Assembly: GCA_965248925.1 (NCBI GenBank)
Contig: CBDFLE010000006.1
Span: 512,001 to 576,000, forward strand
DNA length: 64,000 bases
From: Candidatus Multivoradales bacterium
GTDB taxonomy: Bacteria > Acidobacteriota > Thermoanaerobaculia > Multivoradales > J023
Direction of reading: 5' to 3'
Shown in pieces: positions 18,186 through 25,291 of this stretch (the first letter of the stretch is position 1; every line of letters begins with the position of its first letter). The notes below the pieces were generated by a model. That model had not been told where the DNA came from. It saw only the letters and a list, made by a program, of their open reading frames with translations, and ran no database searches. Made by a program: the position numbers and the translations under genes.

Positions 18186-19112
18186 ATGTCTGAAATTGAA
18201 CAACTCCATCGGCAATTCTGCGAGTTCTCGCTGACCTTCAAAGCGAATACTCCACGGACGATCAAGTGGCTCCGCGCCACGTTCGCCGATTTTCTGCGCG
18301 GGACTGAGTTGACCAGCGCGACGCAGCTCGACCGAAGAACAATCGAGAACTGGATCGTCCGCAAGAAGCTGGAGAACAGCTGGTCCGCGAAATCGGTGCG
18401 GAACAATCTCCAAGCCTTGAGCCTCTTCTGCGACTGGCTGGTTCGGGAGGAGTATCTGGTCGAGAATCCGACATCCCAAATCCCGAAACCCAAGCTGCCA
18501 CATACAATCCGTCCGCATCTGACGGTAGAGACAGCCCAGGATCTTCTCGACTGGACGCGGAACTTCCCGTTTGGGTATGCCTTCGAGCGAGCGCGAGCCA
18601 CGGCCATTCTCTCCACCTTCCTCCACACCGGCATTCGCCTGGAAGAGCTGAGAAACCTCCACTGCGTCCATGTCGACCTCGAAAACCGCTCCCTATTCGT
18701 GGAGAAGGGAAAATGCCAGAAGGATCGAATCGTTCCGTTCGGCCTACCGCTAGTGGAGGCGCTTCAGGAGTACTTGCGCCATAGAACCAGATTGAAGAAG
18801 AGCTGCCCCTATTTCTTTGCGGCGATGCGGCAAGACAGCCAGATGGGAGACTCGGTGATCAAGCGGCTCGTTTCCAGGCTGCGCGACAAGAGCGGGATCT
18901 ACTTCTATCCACACATGCTGAGGCACACCTACGCCACATTGATGTTGCAGGGCGGGGCCGACATCAGGGCGGTGCAAGAACTGTTGGGCCACGCCTCGAT
19001 CCTTTCGACACTGCCGTACCTGCATACGACGACGGCGCATCTCCAGGCGCAGATCCAAAAGTATCCGCTCAATGTAGATTGGCAGGGGCCTCACGGCATC
19101 AAGGGCCTCTGA
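18186..19112 (+). CDS. Tyrosine recombinase/integrase (XerC/D-like) 2
   Basis: TGIR, GKCQK, HMLRH, LGH and STLPY motifs; ATG at 18186. Confidence 0.95.
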   Translation: MSEIEQLHRQFCEFSLTFKANTPRTIKWLRATFADFLRGTELTSATQLDRRTIENWIVRKKLENSWSAKSVRNNLQALSLFCDWLVREEYLVENPTSQIPKPKLPHTIRPHLTVETAQDLLDWTRNFPFGYAFERARATAILSTFLHTGIRLEELRNLHCVHVDLENRSLFVEKGKCQKDRIVPFGLPLVEALQEYLRHRTRLKKSCPYFFAAMRQDSQMGDSVIKRLVSRLRDKSGIYFYPHMLRHTYATLMLQGGADIRAVQELLGHASILSTLPYLHTTTAHLQAQIQKYPLNVDWQGPHGIKGL

Positions 19113-19161
19113 ATGAATGAAATCTCAGACTTCGCCGGTTCGCCTCTGGCCAGACAGCCAG

Positions 19162-19992
19162 CTAGCGGTCGACTTTCAAACGAGCGCGGAGTTCGGCGAG
19201 GTTCTCCTCGATGTGGCTCGGGATAGGCACTTGCCGGTTAAGGGTTTCACGAAGAACCTGATACTTCTCATGCCATTGCCGGAAGTCCCGAAGTTCTTCT
19301 TTAAGCGAAAAGGCAAGAGCCTCGACGCAGGTGACGGCAACCATGGTGTACAAGTTGCAGAGGTTTCGAAGCACCTCTTCGTCGAGAGGACCACCGAATC
19401 TTCCCGCGAAGGCAAGCCCTCTGCCTATCTGCCCGCCATCCTGAAAGCTAGTGAACGCTGACGTCACCGGGAGGACGCTAGCATGCCCAAGAGGAGCCGT
19501 AATCAACCATGCCGTCCTGAGTCTTTGGAAAAGTTCACTCGGTATTGAGTCGAGTCTCCGTAGAACCGAACCCCCGGTGCCCTGTCGTGAATTCCAGACC
19601 TTCTGAAAGTCTGCCGGTGAGTGGACGCTGAAAACTTGGAAGATCGAGGCTTCTGCGGCCCCTCGCGAAAGCGTTAGGCTCACACGCGGATGAGCAATAA
19701 CGCTGCTGAACCAGCCCCATAAGAGATGATCGGCGGCGAAGCAGGCGAGGGCGACAGAGAGTCTGGGTGTCTCCGAAAAGTCCTGGCCGGAGAGAACATT
19801 GAGCCCACCAAGGTGAAGCTCGAACGCGGGTTTCAGTACAACGGCTTCAAGCTCGCGTACGATCTCTTTCGATTCAGGATGGGCATTGGCCGTGATCCAT
19901 TGATTGTAGGTCTTCTCGGCACTCTCAAATGCCTCAGCCTCCGTGAGCGTGGGGGCAACCTCCTCGCGAGAGGGCAGTTTCTGATGAGTCAT
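19162..19992 (-). CDS. Hypothetical protein, possibly HEPN-like helical fold
   Basis: 276-aa ORF; LSRGAAE and ...APLGH motifs loosely resemble HEPN-superfamily patterns. Confidence 0.65.
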   Translation of the reverse strand: MTHQKLPSREEVAPTLTEAEAFESAEKTYNQWITANAHPESKEIVRELEAVVLKPAFELHLGGLNVLSGQDFSETPRLSVALACFAADHLLWGWFSSVIAHPRVSLTLSRGAAEASIFQVFSVHSPADFQKVWNSRQGTGGSVLRRLDSIPSELFQRLRTAWLITAPLGHASVLPVTSAFTSFQDGGQIGRGLAFAGRFGGPLDEEVLRNLCNLYTMVAVTCVEALAFSLKEELRDFRQWHEKYQVLRETLNRQVPIPSHIEENLAELRARLKVDR

Positions 19993-20051
19993 TGTCTTGC
20001 CTCAGAATTCGCGTAAGCGCCTTTGTAGTATGTTTGTTGTCGCGGCGTATT

Positions 20052-21377
20052 CTACTGGGCCGAGGACTTGACGAACAGGAAGCCGACTCCACAAGAGGGT
20101 GGGGACAACCAGTGGAAATGACCATCCTCCAGTGAATCCGGAGCAGTCTTCCTTCGTTGGAGTTTGTGTCGACGAAGAGGCATTCGACGACGCCGAAACG
20201 GCTTTCTCCGCCCCAAATCCCAAAGCAAGTACAAGGGATTCCGGCGAAGCTCCAGGCCGCTGTCAGAGGCCTGTCGAAGACACTCGCAAAGTCCTGCCGC
20301 GGCAACTCCTCCGGCAGCCGCCACGAGAGCTGTCCCAACTGCTCCAGTTGCTCCAGCCGCACTTCCTAGCGCGGCTGCGGTGGTGCCAACAATGCCTCCC
20401 AGCCCCGTTACTGTTGCTCTGAACCGACGAGCCCGATCTGAAAGAGCCAGCTCCGAGACCTCGTAGTTGAGTTCCGAAACAAATTCCTCTAAGCGGTCAT
20501 GAGGAGAGGCCTCAGCAAGTCGGCGAAACGCGACTCGTAGGCGTTCAAGTTCAACAGGGGAATCCGCCATCATGCTGTCGAACTCTGCGGGTGCCATCCC
20601 GTCCAACACCGGAAGATCAAGTGATAGCAGCTTTTCCTCGGTTTGACTCAGCATCGCGCTATCCCGGAGAGGGAGCGCTCCCACAAGATTCTCGAAGCCA
20701 GTGCGAACATCGTCGGCGGCGGACGACAGTCCAATCAGCTCTTCCGGCGCAACAAAGACATCACCGCGTGAGAACGCGAGTGGTCCTTCTTCGACGATCC
20801 AATCCCCGACGACTTCTGGTAGCAAGCGAGCGTAGCCAAAGATCTCAGACCAGAGTCGACCGCGCATCTTTATCTCGTTGGTGATCGCTAAGTATCCCCA
20901 CCCAGCATCCCAGAGGCTGTCGGGTTCGCCCGGATGGAGATGCGACACTCGCACTGGTCTACTGAGTGCTCCTCGCCATAGGAATTCAATTGGAACCCCA
21001 AGCAACGCTAGTCGGCGATATGTCCAACGCATCTCGTCGACGAATTGAACTGAGACTTGGAGTGGACGGACTGCGTTTAGGTTGTTGTGGATCAGCCGCC
21101 GCGCATAGTTTCCGCGAGCCCAGAAGTCCAAAGACGCCGAGCGGCCCCTAGCTGACTTCATCCAATCCAGCAGCAGATCGTATTTCGGCGCTGGTGGTTT
21201 ACCAGAGGGGTAAGACGAGAGATCGAATGGCGTCGCTGGGTACGCATATAGCTCCGCCGAGCGGGGGTCTTTACCATCGATCGTGATCCTAGCTTTCGGT
21301 TCCAATTTGGCAGGATCCCTTTCCTGATGTCGTGGTCTCTGACCTTGGTTGCGTCGACTTTGGCAATCAGATTGCAC
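20052..21377 (-). CDS. Hypothetical protein homologous to the C-terminal domain of the TIR-HNH-TPR protein; start uncertain
   Basis: Shares collinear DFWxRGN, LW[KR]G, GWGY, PL[YF]xLxxLG and WLxPP motifs; has an extra Gly/Ala hydrophobic segment. Confidence 0.8.
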   Translation of the reverse strand: MQSDCQSRRNQGQRPRHQERDPAKLEPKARITIDGKDPRSAELYAYPATPFDLSSYPSGKPPAPKYDLLLDWMKSARGRSASLDFWARGNYARRLIHNNLNAVRPLQVSVQFVDEMRWTYRRLALLGVPIEFLWRGALSRPVRVSHLHPGEPDSLWDAGWGYLAITNEIKMRGRLWSEIFGYARLLPEVVGDWIVEEGPLAFSRGDVFVAPEELIGLSSAADDVRTGFENLVGALPLRDSAMLSQTEEKLLSLDLPVLDGMAPAEFDSMMADSPVELERLRVAFRRLAEASPHDRLEEFVSELNYEVSELALSDRARRFRATVTGLGGIVGTTAAALGSAAGATGAVGTALVAAAGGVAAAGLCECLRQASDSGLELRRNPLYLLWDLGRRKPFRRRRMPLRRHKLQRRKTAPDSLEDGHFHWLSPPSCGVGFLFVKSSAQ

Positions 21378-21391
21378 GATCCGCTCCCACA

Positions 21392-21520
21392 GCAGATCAT
21401 GAAATGTAGGCCCTTTAGCTTGGCCTCCCCACAGATTCTACGCCATGGAACCTTCAGCTTGGATAAGTGCGTTTTGGGAACATAGCCCTCCACGACTCAT
21501 GGATTGCCCACTCGTCCGAG
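21392..21520 (-). pseudogene. Tyrosine integrase remnant
   Basis: Reads GNP*VVEGYVPKTHLSKLKVPWRRICGEAKLKGLH, then FHDL after a 1-nt frameshift: integrase pre-box II/box II region with an in-frame stop. Confidence 0.7.
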
Positions 21521-21695
21521 GAATCGGTGCGACCGATTCCGGCGCGATGGTCACCAGGAAGAAGGTCTTTGCGGCAGCCTTGAGGTCCGACCAAGTTCGT
21601 CAAAGCGCCACAGATTACTCTCTACGGTGGTTACTCAGTGGTTACTTTGTCGATCGCGGCGAGAGGGGGAATCTGTCGTAAGTTATTGAATCTAA

Positions 21696-21770
21696 TGGAG
21701 CCGATGAGCGGATTTGAACCGCTGACCTGCTGATTACGAATCAGCTGCTCTACCCCTGAGCTACATCGGC
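21696..21770 (-). tRNA. tRNA-Thr(CGT)
   Basis: GCCGATGTAGCTCAGGGGTAGAGCAGCTGATTCGTAATCAGCAGGTCAGCGGTTCAAATCCGCTCATCGGCTCCA folds as a cloverleaf, anticodon CGT, encoded CCA. Confidence 0.97.
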
Positions 21771-21888
21771 CTGGAAGGCGAGCGGGTGCTGCCGCTGGAG
21801 GCGAGATTGTAGGGGATTCTCGCTGGGGCTGCAATGCTGAGGCGGTCAGCTCCGTGTTGTAGGCGGCTCCGGTTAGCAGCCCCTTGGC

Positions 21889-23730
21889 TTAGGGGTCGGA
21901 GGCCGCGTGCTCGATTACTAGCCAATGGCGATCTAGGGCTCGTATCCAGCGCAGCCGCACTGGGCCGAGAAGCTCGCGATCTAGCTCTTCTGCAAGAGCC
22001 ATTTGCTGGCGGATCTGTGGCTCTGCCCGCGGCAGCGGCACAATGGGCTCTCTGGCTGAGAGGAGAAAGGGCAACCAACGGCGCCAGGGAGCGGCGATGG
22101 GACCTAGTATCACCGGCGTGGCGGAAGCCGCCCGGCGCGCTAAGCGGCGAGCTCGGGCGAGATCGCTGGGCTTGGGCTGCCGACCACCGGCGGGCCAAGC
22201 TTCTAGCTGACGGCGGCCGGCGCCGGCTCGGTCGACGGCAATTAGCCAGCTGCCACCAAGCCCCGGAGGACGGGTGCGGAAAAGCTGCCAACGATCTATA
22301 ACTCCGGCGGGCTCGAGAGCCAGGTCGTAGCCCGCCAGGGAGGTCAGAAGAGCCTCGGTGGGCAAGCTGGAGACCCGCCGCTGGAGGTGGGTCGCCAGCC
22401 GGCCCGCTTCACGGTAGGCCCTGGATTGCGCGGCTGGGTGGTCGAGCAGGAGCAGGAGGTCACCCCTACCCACACTCGCCGAAGTCAGGTGCCGGGCAGC
22501 CAATGGCCGCAGCCGGGCTCGCAGCACGCGATTCTCGAAGCTGGTCCGCCACAGGTCTCGTAGGGGACGGATCTGCCAGCGGCTTGGCTCGCTGGGCTGC
22601 GCGGATAGATCGAGGTAAATCGGCGGTAGGGGCCATAGTGCGACCTGCCGACCACCGGCGACCGTGTCGCCAGGCTGAGGCAGGCAGAGACCGACCAGGA
22701 GAAACAGAGCGGCAAGCCGTCGGAGCAGCGGTGGGCGCAGATGGCTCAGGCCGGCAGCCACCAGGAAGGCGGTGGGCAGGTAGGCATAGGTCATGAACCG
22801 CTGGCTGCTGTAGCCGTAAAACAGGACGAAGAACAACAGTTGAGCAACCAACAACAGCAGCAGGGTGCCTTCCCAGGACCGCGTCCGCGCTCGACGAAGC
22901 ATGACCGGCAGACCAAGAACAGCGAGTATCAGAGCCGGCAAACCGAGCAAGCGCAAGCCGGCAATCAGGTAGAAACCCACCGCATCGCCGCTCACCCTCA
23001 ATAGGCCCCAATGCCGCACCTCGACATCGATCAGCTCAACTAGCAGCCCCTGGCGAATCAACCACCAGATCGCCGTCGGTCCGAGAAACGCCACCATGGC
23101 CAAGTAGTGCCGCCGACTCGGCCGACGCCGCTGTAGCACCCCGATCGCAGCTGCTGACAAGGGCAGCAACCAAGCCAACGGCTGGGTGATGGTGCTGAGC
23201 CCGCCGCAGAAGCCTGCCACTAGCAGCAACTTGGGGCGGCATTCTGCCCAGCGAGCAAAGAATAGAGCCCAGGCCAACAAGCAGGCGGCCAACATGTCGG
23301 CCATCAACTCTAGCGAGCGACAACGCCAGACAAAACCCATTAGCCAAGCCAACGAAACTAGCAACGACAACTGCCAGGGATGCTGCCGCCGCAAGACTGC
23401 GTACAACGCTAGAATGGTGCCCTGCGCTACCAGCTGCAAGGCGAGCGGCAGCCAAGGCAGCAGATTTGCCCTCTCGGCTAAAGCAACTAACAAGGGCAAC
23501 AATGGCAATCGCGCTGAATAGCGCACTTCCGCTCCGACCCAACGCAGGCCGTTGGCCAACCAATCGTAAGTGTCACCGCCGACGAAGGGGTAGTCTAGCG
23601 CTAGGCTCGGATAGAGCAACTTCGGCAGCAACCAGACGAGCTGACAAAGCACCACCAGCAAGAGACAGCGGAATCCAAGGTCGTGGGCGAGGCTCCGCGG
23701 TAAGCGGTGGGTTGCAACGAATCTAGACAC
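21889..23730 (-). CDS. Polytopic membrane protein, GT-C (ArnT/PMT-like) glycosyltransferase candidate
   Basis: Many TM helices, GGDTYDW loop after the first TM, R-x-P-L-L-P motif, QRFMTY. Confidence 0.6.
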   Translation of the reverse strand: MSRFVATHRLPRSLAHDLGFRCLLLVVLCQLVWLLPKLLYPSLALDYPFVGGDTYDWLANGLRWVGAEVRYSARLPLLPLLVALAERANLLPWLPLALQLVAQGTILALYAVLRRQHPWQLSLLVSLAWLMGFVWRCRSLELMADMLAACLLAWALFFARWAECRPKLLLVAGFCGGLSTITQPLAWLLPLSAAAIGVLQRRRPSRRHYLAMVAFLGPTAIWWLIRQGLLVELIDVEVRHWGLLRVSGDAVGFYLIAGLRLLGLPALILAVLGLPVMLRRARTRSWEGTLLLLLVAQLLFFVLFYGYSSQRFMTYAYLPTAFLVAAGLSHLRPPLLRRLAALFLLVGLCLPQPGDTVAGGRQVALWPLPPIYLDLSAQPSEPSRWQIRPLRDLWRTSFENRVLRARLRPLAARHLTSASVGRGDLLLLLDHPAAQSRAYREAGRLATHLQRRVSSLPTEALLTSLAGYDLALEPAGVIDRWQLFRTRPPGLGGSWLIAVDRAGAGRRQLEAWPAGGRQPKPSDLARARRLARRAASATPVILGPIAAPWRRWLPFLLSAREPIVPLPRAEPQIRQQMALAEELDRELLGPVRLRWIRALDRHWLVIEHAASDP

Positions 23731-23987
23731 TGCGGCAGCATACCCTCATGGGTAGACCTGCATGAGTGAGAGCCGAAAATTGCCGGCAGCCCGGCAGCGG
23801 ATTCAACTGACCGGTCTGCCGGCGGCTGTCACTCAGGCTTTCAATGATCCACCCCCCTCTCCCAGACAAACGCTGCCTCACAAAAATCACTGCTGCCCAA
23901 GATAACTCTGACTGAAGCCTGAATGGCCCGTGAAATGGGTCTTGAGGGGCACTGAAGGGCACTGAGTGAGGTCAAGGTCTCCATTTC

Positions 23988-25187
23988 TCAAGAAACCAGC
24001 TGTCCAAGACCCGGCAGGTCTAGCTGGAAATGCTCCGGTGCTGTGTTCTCTGGTGGTGTCCCGAACGGTTCATCGAGCCAATCGCGCAAGTCCCGATAAG
24101 TGAAGAGGTTCAGTCGTAGCATCGATGCAAGATTCGAGAATGACCACCCCGCCTTGGAGAGGAAGTGAAGCCAGCGGAGCAGCAGCAGCGCGATCAAGGC
24201 TGTCCAGATCTGGATCCGCAGGGCATTCTCACTGGTCCCGACGAAGGTCTTGACCTTCAGGTTCTGCTTCAGCGTCTTGAAGAAAAGTTCGATCTGCCAG
24301 CGGTCTCGATAGATCGCGGAGATCGTCGTGGCTCCGAACGTCAGATGATTGGTCAGCAAAACGATCTCTCGCTTCTTCTCAGCATCCCAGACTACGACAC
24401 GGCGCAGCAGATAAGGACAGGCCTTGCGCGCCTTCGGCGTCTCGAACTCGATGATTTGGTCGGAAAGGATCGAGCGATTCTGCGGCACCTCCCGGATCTC
24501 GACGATAGAGTAGGCGGTAGCCTCCTTCATGCGGGTAACGAAGAAGACCCCCTGCTCGGTCCAATCGGCAAAGAGCCGAAAGTCGTTGTAGGCAGGGTCC
24601 ATTGCAACGATGGAGCCCGGGTTGAGCTGCAGCCCTCGGGCGCTGCGCACGTCGGCCTGCCTGGCGTCGGTCAGTAGCGCGTAGGAAGGCATGTAGTCGC
24701 CGTGGTCGAGCAGCACATGGAGCTTGACGCCGCCTTTGGAGCGGCGGAAATCGGCCCAAGGAAACAGTGCGAGGCACAGCGAGATGGTCGTGGAGTCGAG
24801 TGAGAGAAGCTTGTTCTTGAACCGGAACTTCTGCTGGCCGAGCGTGCCCAGGGAGCCCTGCCCACGGAAACGCTGGAGGGCGGACCAGAAGAGACTCTCG
24901 AAAAGAGCAGCGGGTCGATGCTGGTTGGCGTAGGAGAGGGTGGATTTATTGGGAGCCTTGTCGATGCCAAGGTGGGCAAGCTTGCCCACGCAGCAGGCAA
25001 GGCCGTTGCAGATCTCGCGCAGAGAGTCGGCGCGAGCGGTCTGGCAGAAAAGCATGGCGACGAACTGAGACCAACAGGTGAAGCCCTTGGCGGAGCGCTC
25101 AGCCTGATGATCACGGACCAAGGCGGCGAACTCGAGGCGTGGGAAGTGTTGAAGCAGTTGACTGAAGAGGCTGGCGCTGCGTACCAT
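23988..25187 (-). CDS. IS4-family transposase (DUF4372 + DDE)
   Basis: SLFSQLL...FTCWSQFVAMLF, LDSTTI, AMDPAY, YRDRWQIELFFKTLKQ (YREK motif). Confidence 0.95.
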   Translation of the reverse strand: MVRSASLFSQLLQHFPRLEFAALVRDHQAERSAKGFTCWSQFVAMLFCQTARADSLREICNGLACCVGKLAHLGIDKAPNKSTLSYANQHRPAALFESLFWSALQRFRGQGSLGTLGQQKFRFKNKLLSLDSTTISLCLALFPWADFRRSKGGVKLHVLLDHGDYMPSYALLTDARQADVRSARGLQLNPGSIVAMDPAYNDFRLFADWTEQGVFFVTRMKEATAYSIVEIREVPQNRSILSDQIIEFETPKARKACPYLLRRVVVWDAEKKREIVLLTNHLTFGATTISAIYRDRWQIELFFKTLKQNLKVKTFVGTSENALRIQIWTALIALLLLRWLHFLSKAGWSFSNLASMLRLNLFTYRDLRDWLDEPFGTPPENTAPEHFQLDLPGLGQLVS

Positions 25188-25291
25188 GGGTCGACCCTCC
25201 GTGTGCTGCCCAGTGCGTATGGGCAGTAGTTTTTGCTTGACGGCAACGGAGGGTCATCCTACCCAAGCAGCTCAGAGGTCGCCAGCGACTC

